From the IMG/VR virus record IMGVR_UViG_3300049930_000025, positions 1 to 36,598 of that record: 36,598 bases of DNA, one strand, 5' to 3'. The translations under genes were made by a program, and so were the position numbers. The stretch's first letter is position 1. Every line of letters starts with the position of its first letter. Below, piece by piece: positions 7,599-17,286 of this stretch. Source of the stretch: a virus. Lineage: Duplodnaviria; Caudoviricetes. A model generated the notes under the pieces. That model saw only the letters and a program-made list of their open reading frames with translations, did not search any database and was not told the origin of the DNA.

Positions 7599-8216
7599 AT
7601 GTGTTTCTGGATGCGCTCGACGGCGCTTAGTGCGGTCGCCCTTGCGGTGCTTCTCGCGACAATCAGCACCTCCAGCGCCTACGCCGCCGCGCCGGAGCGG
7701 AACCTTGAGCGGTCGCTGCCGATCGCACGTGCCGCCTGGCCGACCAGCCAGTGCATGGGGCGGGAGGCGATCCTCATTACCAACCACGGCGTTCCGCTCA
7801 ATGCGGACGGCGTCGCGACGATGGACGGAAGCTGTGCCGTGCGCATCCGGCCGCTCAAGGACCCCTACACCTTCTGCACCGCGCTCGTACACGAGCTGGG
7901 GCACCTGGCCGAGACGATCTCCGACGCCGGTACGATCACGCTGCCCGACGGCCGCATCGCAGACGCCAGCGGCCATATGCGAAACGGGGTCATGAGCCCG
8001 ACCGGCCCCTACTACAAACCGTGCGAGGCCGTTGGGCCGCCGATAACGGCACGCGCCGCCGCCGCATCGGCGTTCGACCTTCCGGCCTCGGCCTGCCGGT
8101 TTATCGTCAGCAAGCCCCAGCGCCGCCGGATCTACCTGTGCGGCAAGCACCACCGCGTCGCAGTGGTGCTCGATCGCGACGGGCAGGTCGACCGGGTCGA
8201 GGACTACGAGCCCTAG
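7599..8216 (+). CDS. Secreted zinc-metalloprotease-like protein (HELGH), antisense moron
   Basis: Signal peptide ending AYA; VHELGHL followed by GH...GVM; start may be 7611. Confidence 0.7.
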   Translation: MCFWMRSTALSAVALAVLLATISTSSAYAAAPERNLERSLPIARAAWPTSQCMGREAILITNHGVPLNADGVATMDGSCAVRIRPLKDPYTFCTALVHELGHLAETISDAGTITLPDGRIADASGHMRNGVMSPTGPYYKPCEAVGPPITARAAAASAFDLPASACRFIVSKPQRRRIYLCGKHHRVAVVLDRDGQVDRVEDYEP

Positions 8217-8219
8217 CCG

Positions 8220-9278
8220 CTATCGGCTGAGGAAGCTGATCCCCAGGGACAGATTGGAGTACGTCGGCGACGAGGATCCGTTGCGTCCCAAGCGGAGTCG
8301 CACAACATCGTTTACGGCGAGCCTGTACGTGACAGCGATCGGTAGGCCAACGTCGTTGGATAGCCCGGTGTCATTGGGTTGCTCACCGTTGCGCGCATGG
8401 AAGATTTCAGCAGCGCTGCGCAGAACTTGGATCTCGGCAGAGAAGTCACCGGTTGAGGAGCCGAAACTGACATCAACCGTTGCGTCCAGCAGGTAGAGGC
8501 CGGCCGTCTTGCAAACGAGATCGGTGCTCGACGCGGCGAAGATCGCGTCGTTGTCGAAGACTTCCGTGTCGAACGTGACGACCGTTGGGAAGGTGGCGAT
8601 GCCTCCGTGGGTCACGCTGCTGATCGTTGTCGTTCGTCTTGCGCGCGCCTGAGGGATGGCCGCGAGCTTGGCGGCCGTCACCGCGTTGTCGGCGAGGCCT
8701 GCCGTGTCGATCGGTGGCTGGGCGGACACCCGACGGTCGTCAACCTGGGCGGTCGTGATCACCGTGTCGGCCGCGGGTACGTTGACCAGCGCCAGTAAGA
8801 ACTGGTTGCTGAACAGCGTTGGGGTGCCGTGGGCGCCCGGAGCGTCGGCCAGCACGGCGCCCGATGTTGGGGTGCCGGTGAGTACGCGGACCCGGGCCTT
8901 GTTCAGGCCGCTGCTGTCGTGGTCGTCGTCGAGGGCGTCGAGGACGACGAGGTCATTGCGGGGCAGTGTCGCGTGCGCCGCAGCGATGTCGAGGGTGATG
9001 TTGCCCGAGTGTGGAGCGATCGTGTAGAGGCCCTGGAAAGGGACGCTGTCGACCTGGACGTTGACCATGCCGGCATCAGCGTCGACGAGTACGGTCATGC
9101 CCGTGCCTGCGGCCGACACCTTGTAGGCGTCCTCGTGTACGACCCCCTCACGTGCGCCTGCGGCGACGAGCATCCGCCGCCGGTCGATAGCCCCATAGCC
9201 GGGGGAGATGCCGGGGCCTTCCTGAAGAAAGCTCAGGCCTTGCCCGAGTGAGGGGACGATGTCAACGGAGGAAGCCAA
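8220..9278 (-). CDS. Minor tail / receptor-binding protein with C1q-like C-terminal domain
   Basis: LPRNDLVV N-terminal module; VTFDTEVFDN...AGLYLL...LAVNDVVRL C-terminus. Confidence 0.75.
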   Translation of the reverse strand: MASSVDIVPSLGQGLSFLQEGPGISPGYGAIDRRRMLVAAGAREGVVHEDAYKVSAAGTGMTVLVDADAGMVNVQVDSVPFQGLYTIAPHSGNITLDIAAAHATLPRNDLVVLDALDDDHDSSGLNKARVRVLTGTPTSGAVLADAPGAHGTPTLFSNQFLLALVNVPAADTVITTAQVDDRRVSAQPPIDTAGLADNAVTAAKLAAIPQARARRTTTISSVTHGGIATFPTVVTFDTEVFDNDAIFAASSTDLVCKTAGLYLLDATVDVSFGSSTGDFSAEIQVLRSAAEIFHARNGEQPNDTGLSNDVGLPIAVTYRLAVNDVVRLRLGRNGSSSPTYSNLSLGISFLSR

Positions 9279-9287
9279 GGGGTGCTC

Positions 9288-10166
9288 CTAGCAGTGGGCG
9301 TTGCGGGTGAAGATGTCGAGACGGGCCGTCGTGTCGAACACGGGGGCGAGCAGACGAAACGGCCACGACCCGGGCGGAATGTCTGACCAGCGCTCCGCCG
9401 AACTGGCGGCGTAGTCGATGTACTCCGGATGCAGCGCGATGCCGTTGAGCAGCACGCTGGCCGTCGCGACGTCGATGTCGACGTAGTCGGTGGTGCCGAG
9501 CTCGACGTTGCAGACGATCTCGATGCCCAGCGCGTCGCATCGGATCCGAGGGTCGGCGCATCCGCCGCGGATCCGATAGGTCGGCGGGGTCGGGGCGGTA
9601 CCTCCGACCACCACCGTGAGATCACCACCCGACGAACTGGTGAACGTGTCGGGGAAGCGGTCGGGGAACGTGTCGCCGCCTGCGTCGGCTGACAGTTCGT
9701 TGCCGACCACCGTCGACAGGGTCTGACCGAAGGCGCGGTAGTCCTTGCTCTCGAACTGCGCCTGATAGCGCAGGACGCGCGGCTCCTCGGGCTTTGGGTC
9801 GGGGCCGTCGATCTGCACGAGCTTGACCTCGGCCTGCAACTCGACCCCCGTCGTGCCTTGCCGCCAGCGCAGCGTCCTGTAGGTGTCCAGGCAGGCGGTC
9901 AGCGCCGGGCTGATCTGCGCCCACTGCGCCCACGCCAGTTCCTCGGTGGTGCCGCGAACGTAGCCGCCCAGCGCGGGGAGCTTGCCCTCTGCGTAGCGGC
10001 TGCTGTCGATGCTGCCGTGGCCGTAGGGGCGGGGTCTCGTGTTGCGCCGTGACTTCACCCCGCCGGCCAGCCCGGGGGCGTCGTTGATCTTGCGGTTGGG
10101 CTGGTCGGCGCCGTGCAACGTGACCGGGACGCCGTCGCGGCCTTCGAGCGTGATGTAGGAGAACAT
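9288..10166 (-). CDS. Distal tail protein (Dit-like)
   Basis: Immediately after the tape measure; 292 aa; GTAPTPPTYRIRG motif. Confidence 0.8.
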   Translation of the reverse strand: MFSYITLEGRDGVPVTLHGADQPNRKINDAPGLAGGVKSRRNTRPRPYGHGSIDSSRYAEGKLPALGGYVRGTTEELAWAQWAQISPALTACLDTYRTLRWRQGTTGVELQAEVKLVQIDGPDPKPEEPRVLRYQAQFESKDYRAFGQTLSTVVGNELSADAGGDTFPDRFPDTFTSSSGGDLTVVVGGTAPTPPTYRIRGGCADPRIRCDALGIEIVCNVELGTTDYVDIDVATASVLLNGIALHPEYIDYAASSAERWSDIPPGSWPFRLLAPVFDTTARLDIFTRNAHC

Positions 10167-13100
10167 TTAGCGCGCGATCTCCCAGCCGACTGCGCGGGCG
10201 AGTACGACCGCGTCGCGCTCGTCGCGCATGGACACCGGGCCGTAGAAGTTGACCTGCGGCGCTGCGTCGGAGCGACCGCGCCCGTTGGTGCTCACGACCT
10301 CTTCGCCACCGTGGGCGATGATTGCCGTCGGCGCACCCAGCGGCCCCGGGACGATGCCGCCCTGCGCAAACGAGCCGCCGAACGGCAGACCGCCGAACAC
10401 GCCGCCCTTCGCGAGGGCGCGAACGCCTTCGTGAATGTGATCGGGGACGCCGCCCGGGTAATCGCCGACGGTGCCGAGCAGGTCGCCGTGGCGGACGTGC
10501 TGGCCGGGGTGGACGGACCGGGAGCCGAAGTGCGTCAGGAAGTAGGAGGCCTTCGCGCCGTCCAGGTACATGGACCAGCCAAACGGACCACCCGCTCCTG
10601 CGTACGCGCCCTCGGACGGGCTGTGACCGCTAAAGCGGCTGACAACACCGTCGACGGGCGACAGCACTCCGGTCCCCGGTGAAGCGAACACGTCGATGGC
10701 CGGGTAGCCCGCCAGACCCGCGGTGTCGTGGGTTCGGGTGAACGTCGCAGGAAGCTGAAGCCGGCCGTTTGACATCGGGACCGCCCCTCCGCCCCCGCCG
10801 CCTAGGCCCGGGATCAGGCCGGCGACCTTGTCCTTGATCCAGTCACCGACGTGATCAAGGACGTAACGACCGGTTCCCTTCAGCCAGTCGGGGAGATCGC
10901 CGACGCCGGGCAGCATGTCGATGATCGCGCCGGGGCCCTTGGCGATCAGGCCAGCGGCGCCGGAGACCGCGCCGCTGACGGCACCGGCAGCACCCGAGAG
11001 CGCACCGCCGACAGCGTCGAGGACACCGCCGCCTCTCTTCCCACCAAAGCCGACATCGACTAGGCCGCCGCCGCCGAAGCCGAGCGCCTTCGCGACGGCG
11101 TATGTCATGTCCACCGCACGGATGTGACTGCCGATGCCAGGTCCCCCGGCGCCGACATCGACTTTCGGAACGTCCTTGGCCGTGCGATCGCCGTAGGTGA
11201 TGCTGACCTTCGTGCCCATCGGCAAACCTCCGAGCGCCGAGAAGTTCAACGAGTCAGGCGGGTTGGACAGTTCCGCAAAGCCCCACAGGGAGTCGTTGGC
11301 GATGGCGCCGGACGCGGTCTTGTGACCGAAGGCGGACGGGTCGTCGTGCCCGCCGAAGTAGGAGGCGGCGTAGGTGCCACCCTTCGCCAGGCCGATCGCC
11401 TTGCCGGCCGCCTGATGAAGTGCGAGCGCCCGGGACCGGTAGGCGGGGTTGGTCGGGATGACCCACTCCGGGTGGGCGGGTGCCTCCTCGCCCATGAGCA
11501 CGATCGGCTTGTTGACGTAGCCGCCCGACGTGATCCCGCCTCGCGCGAACGCCTCGGTGCCCTTGCCCGCACCACCGAACTGGCCGCCCTGCGCAAGTTT
11601 CCCGATCACCTTGTCGATCGCATCTTTGCCTTTGTCTGCGATGTCGCCGACGCCGGGGATCTTGCCGACGATGTTCAGGATGTCCTTGGCGAAGTTGCCG
11701 ATCGACTTCAGACCGGCCTTGAGGCCGGAGATGACCCATCCGACGACGGTCTTGCCGAGTCCGACGAAGCCGTGCGTCTCGTCGCCCTTGACGGCTTCCA
11801 GCACCGTCTTGAGTTGACCGAGTAGCCACGATCCGATACCCGAGACGGCCGAGAGGCCCTTATCGGAGACGAACGTCACGCCGTCGATGACCCAGCCGAT
11901 GACGTCCTTGCCGCGGTTGACGAAGTTGCCGGCGACCGAATCGATCGAGCCCTTGACCTGACCCAGCAGCCACGAGCCGACCGCACCGAGCGCATCGCTC
12001 GCCGTCTTGATGCCGCCGACGACCTTGGCCAGCGCCCAGCCACCGAGACCGGTGAGATCCTCGGCCGTGGCATGCACGAGTTCGACGATGCGGTTCTTTA
12101 GCCAGCCGCCTGCCGTGCCGAGCAGGCTGGTCACGGTCTTGAAGCCAGCGATGATCTGGTCGACCGTCCAGCTACCGGCGCCCTTGAGTGCCTCGGGTGC
12201 GGCCTTGAGCGCGTCGACTATCCGGCCGGGCAGAGCCTTGAAGAACCCGACGATCTCGTCGCCGTATTTGACGATCGCGTAGACCGCCAGCCCGATCGGG
12301 CCCGTGAGGATCGCCAGCAGCAGCGGCCAGTGGTCCTTGATCCACGAGAACGTGTCGTCGACGCCCTTGTGGAACCAGTCGACCTTCTCGTAGGCCAGCA
12401 CGAACCCCGCCGCGAGGAGTACGAGGCCAGCCACGATCAACACGATTGGGTTGGCGGACATCGCAGCGTTAGCGAGCCACTGGGCGGCGGTGTAGGCCTT
12501 CAGGGCGACCTCGACTGCGGTCGCGGCGACCTTGTAGCCAACAAACGCGTAGGTGAGCGCTTCCGCGTGGGGGCCGGCGAGCTTCAGCGCGGTGCTCATC
12601 GGCCCGAACCCGATCGTCGCCGTTGCCTTGCCGACCCCTTCGAGTACGGGGACAAGGTTGGCGATCAGCTCTTTGGATCGCTCGAAGAACTCCGTGAGCG
12701 ACGACTGACCCCTGGTGCTATTGGCCCATTCGTCGAAGCGGCCTGCGGCCTTGTCGATCGAGACGAGCATGTCGTCGCCCGAGTCCTTGCTGGCCTTGCC
12801 GACACCGAACAGGCCGTGCGCGACATGGCCGGTGATCGACCCGATCCGTTCCAGCACGTCACGGGTGCGCTCGAAGAAGTCGGCGAGCTTGCCGCTCTCG
12901 CGTCCGGCCTTGGCAGACTCGTCGGCGTTCTTGGCCCAGCCGTCTGCGGTGCCGGCCAGCCAGGACGTGAGCGGGCCCGCTTCAACGATGAGGTGGCGGA
13001 CGGCGCTGACGACGTGCAAGGCGGCGTCGCCGAGCGTGCCGATGATCTTCGCGTTGCGGCCACCGACCGTCTCGATGTCCTTGCCGAAGGCGGCGGAGCC

Positions 13101-15434
13101 GACGAGTTCGCCGGCCTTGCGGGCGAGATCTCCGAGCGCCGTGCTGGTCAGGCTCACGACCTTCTTGACCGGCTCGAAGTTCTTTACTGCTGCGGTCAGG
13201 CCTTCGCCCGCCCCGGGGAAGAAGCCTTCGGCAGCCGTGGTGCGCAGCTCGTCGAGCTTAGGCTTGAGGGAGATCAGTTGACGGACGAACGCCTGCGCTG
13301 GTGCGGGCAGCTTGTTCATCGCCTCGTTGAGCTTCCCGGCGCCGGCGGCGGCTTTGACGGCGGACTCAGCGGCGTTGGCCTGGGCGTCGCCGACGGCCTG
13401 CTCGGCTCGGTCGACGGCGATGATCGCGTTACGAAGCTGGATCCGGGCGTTGGCTTCTTGCTCGATCGCGGTCTTGACGGCCTTGCTGGCAGCGACGACC
13501 TGCTCTGCCCCGTCGACACCGGCCAGCTGGGCCTTGGCGAAGTCCTTCTCGAGGCGCACGCGATCGCGTGTAGACGTCGCGAGACCGTTCTGGGCGCCCT
13601 GGACGGCCAGCAGCGCCTTGGAGAGTTCCTCGGCCGAGGCAGGGGCGTTGAGCTTGTCCAGCGCGGCCTGTGCTTCGGCCTGGCCGGCCGTGGCACCCGT
13701 GACCTGGTCCTGGGCCTGCTGGACTGCGAGCAAGGCCTTGGCCTTGTCGGTGTCGGTCGGGCCGGCGTTGAGCTTGTCCAGCGCCTGCTGGGTGGTGGCG
13801 ACGCCGTTGGTGGCGCTCGCAACCCGGTCTTGTGCCTGCTCGACGGCCAGGAGCGCCTTGGCCTTCTCGCTGTCGCCGGGTCCGGCCTGCAGCTTGTCCA
13901 GGGCGCCTTGGGCGTCGCCGACACGGAAGTTCGCTGCCGCGACCTGATCCTGGGCGTTGGCCAGAGCCAATGCGGCCTTGGCCTTCTGGGCGTCGGTCGC
14001 ACTCGATGCGTTGAGGATGTCGTTGGCGTTCTTCTGCGCGTCGGCAAGATCCATCACCGCCTGCTGCTGGGCGTGCTGAGCCTGGGACAGCGACAGTTGT
14101 GCCTTGCCGGCATCCTCGGCGGTCGGACCGGCGATCAGCAGGTCATAGGCCTTCTTGGCGTCGGTGAGCGCGAGCTGCGCAGCCTGTTGGCCGTGCAGGG
14201 CTTCGGTGACCGACTGCGTGGTCTCCAGCAGCTTCTGGGCGCCTGGACCGGCGATGAGGTCGTCGTAGGTGCGCTGGGCGTCGCCGAGCGCCAGCACGGC
14301 ACCCTGCTGGCTATGAAGTGCTGCGGTGACCGCGTTGGCCGCAGCGGCGACCTTCCCGGAATCGGCACCGTCGATCAGGTCGGCAAGGGCCTTCTTGGCG
14401 TCGCCGAGCGCCAGCGTCGCGTCCGCTTCTGCGATCCGGGCGGCCTCCAGGCCGGAGGCCATGTCAACCAGGCCACGGGCTGCGTCGGTGCGTGCTTGGG
14501 TCAGTCCGACCTGGGCGGCCTTGGACTGTTCCTCTGCGGCGGTGAGTGCTTGGGTGGCGGTGCGGACCTGGTCGTGGGCGGTGCGGACCCCGTCCATCGC
14601 TGACTGGATCGCCCTCGCGGCCGACCGCTGCTGCTGGGCGGATTGCCCGGCTGCGGCACCCGTGGCGGCGTGCTGGCTGGTCTGCTCTTTGAGGGCGTCG
14701 CCGATGCCCATCGTCGCGAGCTTGAACACGCCGAAGCCCTGAGCTGCGGCCGAGAGGCCGACGGCCGCAGCCGCACCCAGTCCGGCCAACGGTCCGAGGG
14801 CGGCAGCGAGCGCGACCACGACACCGACGAGCGCGACCACGACCGGGATCGCGACCAGGGCTGTGAGCCCGAACGCCGAAATGCCACCACCACCCGCTGA
14901 GAGCGCACCGAGCATGGCGCCGATCCCGCCGCCTGCGCCGCCTCCGGCACTGCCGAGCGTGGCGAGGTCGCGGGCGGTGCGACGGCTGATCCCGCCCGTG
15001 CGCTCCAGTTCGTCCTGGGCCTTGCGGATCGTGTTGTTGGTGCGGGTGAGATCGCGGTCCAGGCCGCCGACACCACGACTCCCGAGGTTGACGAGGTCGC
15101 CCATCGTCGATCGGGACACGCTGCCGGCCCGGTCCATCTCTGCGCGGGCCTTCTGGACACTCAGTGAGGCCTCCGAGAACCCCGATGATGCCGTGACGGC
15201 TCGCTGGCCGGTCTTGGCTACCTCGTCACCAAGGCCGCGAGTGACCGTGGTTGCCTTGGCCACATCGTCTTGCAGCGCACGCGTCTTTGAGGCTGCGGTG
15301 TCGACGTCGCGGCCCATTGATGTCGCAGATCCAGCGACACCCTTCTGCGCGGCATCAAGGGTGGCCAGACCGGCCGTGGCCTTGGTGAGCCCGTCGACCT
15401 GGACCAGGACGCGGAGGATCGATGCATAGTCCAT
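10167..15434 (-). CDS. Tape measure protein with C-terminal RlpA-like DPBB and M23 peptidase domains
   Basis: 1755 aa, Ala/Gly-rich and helical with TM segments. ASYFG..TASG..LPMGTKV..DVG..AVDMT motif; H...AID, YFLTH and HIH motifs. Confidence 0.95.
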   Translation of the reverse strand: MDYASILRVLVQVDGLTKATAGLATLDAAQKGVAGSATSMGRDVDTAASKTRALQDDVAKATTVTRGLGDEVAKTGQRAVTASSGFSEASLSVQKARAEMDRAGSVSRSTMGDLVNLGSRGVGGLDRDLTRTNNTIRKAQDELERTGGISRRTARDLATLGSAGGGAGGGIGAMLGALSAGGGGISAFGLTALVAIPVVVALVGVVVALAAALGPLAGLGAAAAVGLSAAAQGFGVFKLATMGIGDALKEQTSQHAATGAAAGQSAQQQRSAARAIQSAMDGVRTAHDQVRTATQALTAAEEQSKAAQVGLTQARTDAARGLVDMASGLEAARIAEADATLALGDAKKALADLIDGADSGKVAAAANAVTAALHSQQGAVLALGDAQRTYDDLIAGPGAQKLLETTQSVTEALHGQQAAQLALTDAKKAYDLLIAGPTAEDAGKAQLSLSQAQHAQQQAVMDLADAQKNANDILNASSATDAQKAKAALALANAQDQVAAANFRVGDAQGALDKLQAGPGDSEKAKALLAVEQAQDRVASATNGVATTQQALDKLNAGPTDTDKAKALLAVQQAQDQVTGATAGQAEAQAALDKLNAPASAEELSKALLAVQGAQNGLATSTRDRVRLEKDFAKAQLAGVDGAEQVVAASKAVKTAIEQEANARIQLRNAIIAVDRAEQAVGDAQANAAESAVKAAAGAGKLNEAMNKLPAPAQAFVRQLISLKPKLDELRTTAAEGFFPGAGEGLTAAVKNFEPVKKVVSLTSTALGDLARKAGELVGSAAFGKDIETVGGRNAKIIGTLGDAALHVVSAVRHLIVEAGPLTSWLAGTADGWAKNADESAKAGRESGKLADFFERTRDVLERIGSITGHVAHGLFGVGKASKDSGDDMLVSIDKAAGRFDEWANSTRGQSSLTEFFERSKELIANLVPVLEGVGKATATIGFGPMSTALKLAGPHAEALTYAFVGYKVAATAVEVALKAYTAAQWLANAAMSANPIVLIVAGLVLLAAGFVLAYEKVDWFHKGVDDTFSWIKDHWPLLLAILTGPIGLAVYAIVKYGDEIVGFFKALPGRIVDALKAAPEALKGAGSWTVDQIIAGFKTVTSLLGTAGGWLKNRIVELVHATAEDLTGLGGWALAKVVGGIKTASDALGAVGSWLLGQVKGSIDSVAGNFVNRGKDVIGWVIDGVTFVSDKGLSAVSGIGSWLLGQLKTVLEAVKGDETHGFVGLGKTVVGWVISGLKAGLKSIGNFAKDILNIVGKIPGVGDIADKGKDAIDKVIGKLAQGGQFGGAGKGTEAFARGGITSGGYVNKPIVLMGEEAPAHPEWVIPTNPAYRSRALALHQAAGKAIGLAKGGTYAASYFGGHDDPSAFGHKTASGAIANDSLWGFAELSNPPDSLNFSALGGLPMGTKVSITYGDRTAKDVPKVDVGAGGPGIGSHIRAVDMTYAVAKALGFGGGGLVDVGFGGKRGGGVLDAVGGALSGAAGAVSGAVSGAAGLIAKGPGAIIDMLPGVGDLPDWLKGTGRYVLDHVGDWIKDKVAGLIPGLGGGGGGAVPMSNGRLQLPATFTRTHDTAGLAGYPAIDVFASPGTGVLSPVDGVVSRFSGHSPSEGAYAGAGGPFGWSMYLDGAKASYFLTHFGSRSVHPGQHVRHGDLLGTVGDYPGGVPDHIHEGVRALAKGGVFGGLPFGGSFAQGGIVPGPLGAPTAIIAHGGEEVVSTNGRGRSDAAPQVNFYGPVSMRDERDAVVLARAVGWEIAR
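13560..14420 (-). repeat. About seven degenerate 120-bp (40-aa) tandem repeats in the tape measure
   Basis: AGCTTGTCCAG recurs at 13651, 13771 and 13891. The phase continues (NDILNA, DLLIAGP, DDLIAGP, ADLIDG) near 14011-14371. Bounds approximate. Confidence 0.8.
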
Positions 15435-15452
15435 GCGATCCCGCCTCCTCCG

Positions 15453-15647
15453 CTAGTCCTTCTGGGCCTCCGCGCGTTCTTCATCGCGGACCTGTTCCAG
15501 CACAAGACGCCGTTCGAACTCGGCGGCCGACATGCGGTCGCCGAGTTCTGCGGCGGTCATCCCGAGACGCTCGCTCAGGTTGTAGATGAACCTGAGGCGA
15601 ACGTCTGCGTTACTCGGTGTCGGTCCCGTCCCGCCCGCTCTCCTGAA
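15453..15647 (-). CDS. Tail assembly chaperone frameshift extension (gpGT-like), +1 frame
   Basis: Open frame ...RFIYNLSERLGMTAAELGDRMSAAEFERR... overlapping the chaperone 3' end; enterable at TTT-C. Confidence 0.7.
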   Translation of the reverse strand, partial: FRRAGGTGPTPSNADVRLRFIYNLSERLGMTAAELGDRMSAAEFERRLVLEQVRDEERAEAQKD

Positions 15648-16119
15648 ACGCCTCGGCGGCCTCCTCCATCTCCTTGCGGTTGATGCCGGAGATGCGGTCC
15701 AGTGCGCGGATCACGCGAGCGAAGCCGGGACCGCTCTTGTGCTGGAGCTGGTTGACCTCAGGTGCGCTGAACTGCGGTGCGATGACCCCGTAGAGGAACT
15801 GGGTCTTGGCCAGCGCTTCGGCGAACGTCTCCCGAAGGCCTCCGGCCTTGCGGTCGGCGGAGCTCTGGACGACCTTGGCCTGCTCGGCGGCGGTCAGCGA
15901 TCGGATCTTGACCGAGCATCCCCACTCGGGGACAGCGATGACCTCCTCGACGAGATCGGAGGGGGCGGCGAGGATGGACTCGACGGTGCCGATCGGCAGC
16001 GACGGGCTGAGCCCGGAGGGCGTCTCGCGCAGGCGGTCGCGTGCGTCGTCGATGGCGGCGGGGTCGGGCTGGCCGGCAGGGGCGCCGGCCTGAACGTCGG
16101 GGTGCGTGGTCTCGTTCAT
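15610..16119 (-). CDS. Tail assembly chaperone (gpG-like)
   Basis: Between tail tube and tape measure; VPEWGCSVKIRSLT and RISGI motifs. Confidence 0.85.
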   Translation of the reverse strand: MNETTHPDVQAGAPAGQPDPAAIDDARDRLRETPSGLSPSLPIGTVESILAAPSDLVEEVIAVPEWGCSVKIRSLTAAEQAKVVQSSADRKAGGLRETFAEALAKTQFLYGVIAPQFSAPEVNQLQHKSGPGFARVIRALDRISGINRKEMEEAAEAFQESGRDGTDTE

Positions 16120-16156
16120 GATGTGCTTGGTCCTTGTGCTTGGAGGTGGAGAGGGG

Positions 16157-16576
16157 TCAGGAGGTGGCGCGGACGATGCCGCTGTCGCCGGAGTTCTTGA
16201 CGCTGATCGAGACCTTGGAGGCCTCACCGACCGAGCCGTCCAGCGGCGTGTACTCCGGCAGCACGCCCGTCATCCGGTACTCGGGGTTGGTGGCCGAAAC
16301 CGCCGCCGAGGAGGCGCGGACGATCACCGGGAACTCGGTTCCGGCGGTGTGCAGGGGCCACAGCGTGGCGTCGACCGATCCGGCGTCGAAGTCCTGGAAG
16401 AGCTCGACGGCGATGGAGCCGTCGCCGAGGCCGAGGCCCTTCTGCTTGGAGGAGGCGCCGAACGCGGTCAGGTCCACCTCATCCTTGGACGAGCTGACGG
16501 TGACCTTGTTGGAGCGGTTGGAGAGAACGACGCTGTTGATCGAGATGTAGGCGTCGAGAAGGATCTTCTTGGCCAT
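16157..16576 (-). CDS. Major tail tube protein
   Basis: 139 aa, beta-rich; DLTAFG...GLGDGSI...FQDF; position. Confidence 0.8.
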   Translation of the reverse strand: MAKKILLDAYISINSVVLSNRSNKVTVSSSKDEVDLTAFGASSKQKGLGLGDGSIAVELFQDFDAGSVDATLWPLHTAGTEFPVIVRASSAAVSATNPEYRMTGVLPEYTPLDGSVGEASKVSISVKNSGDSGIVRATS

Positions 16577-16582
16577 GAGGGC

Positions 16583-16933
16583 TTACTCCTTGGGGGAGGG
16601 GGTGGAGGACTTCTTGCTTGCCCGAGACGAGGTCTCGGACTCCTGAGCGGGCACGTCGTCGCCGGGCGGATCGCTGTCGACGGCTGGCAGCGGCGGGTCG
16701 CCGGGTTCCGCGTCGTGGTCAAGCGCGGGATCGGTGCGGTCCTCCGGCTCGGCGCCGACGATCTCGATGGCGCCACCGGCGATCAGCGCCGCCTCCTGCG
16801 CGGGGTCGAGCTTCGCCGTGGACGTCTCGCCGTGCTGGTGGCCGAGCGTCTCCTGGGCGTGACCGGTGACCTTGTAGGTGCGCTCGACGGCCTTGGGCTC
16901 TTCGGGCACGAGCGCCGGGTTGTGGTCGCTCAT
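16583..16933 (-). CDS. Hypothetical acidic virion-associated protein
   Basis: TGATG coupling; LIAGGAIEIV motif and disordered tail. Confidence 0.7.
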   Translation of the reverse strand: MSDHNPALVPEEPKAVERTYKVTGHAQETLGHQHGETSTAKLDPAQEAALIAGGAIEIVGAEPEDRTDPALDHDAEPGDPPLPAVDSDPPGDDVPAQESETSSRASKKSSTPSPKE

Positions 16934-17274
16934 CAGGGCTGGGTGACCTTGAGCGCGCCGACGGTCAGCGACGTCACACCCGAGTAGGTGACAGACGCCA
17001 GACCATCAGCCGGGTTGGCGAAGTACTCGGCCGGAAACGGGCCGATCAGCCGGGAGCCGCCAGCGGGGACCGACACCGCGACGTCGTCGACAGCCAGGCC
17101 GATGGCGTTGTTGCGCGGGGTGACGATGGTGACGGTGAGCGCGCCACCGGATCCGTTGTCTACCCGCAGGAAGGTGTTGCTGTCGGGGGTGAACTTGTCA
17201 CCGCCTCCGGCTGCTGCGGTGAGTGCCGGGTTGAGCCCGGCGCGGACGATCGACTGCGTGGCGAGGGTCGCCAT
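16933..17274 (-). CDS. Small beta-rich virion protein, paralog of the 21048..21740 N-terminus
   Basis: MATLA...GGDKFTP...RLIGPFP..YFANPADGLA; SD AAGGAG. Confidence 0.8.
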   Translation of the reverse strand: MATLATQSIVRAGLNPALTAAAGGGDKFTPDSNTFLRVDNGSGGALTVTIVTPRNNAIGLAVDDVAVSVPAGGSRLIGPFPAEYFANPADGLASVTYSGVTSLTVGALKVTQP

Positions 17275-17286
17275 TCGGTCAGCTCC

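Noticed and set aside
5540-9278. Diversity-generating retroelement targeting tail genes
   Set aside because: No reverse transcriptase and no template/variable repeat pair noticed in the window.
12330-14603. 757-aa plus-strand ORF and other long antisense ORFs (23698..24960, 26505..27818, 27515..29299, 31646..33175)
   Set aside because: Shadows of real minus-strand genes, expected in high-GC DNA; no motifs or start signals.
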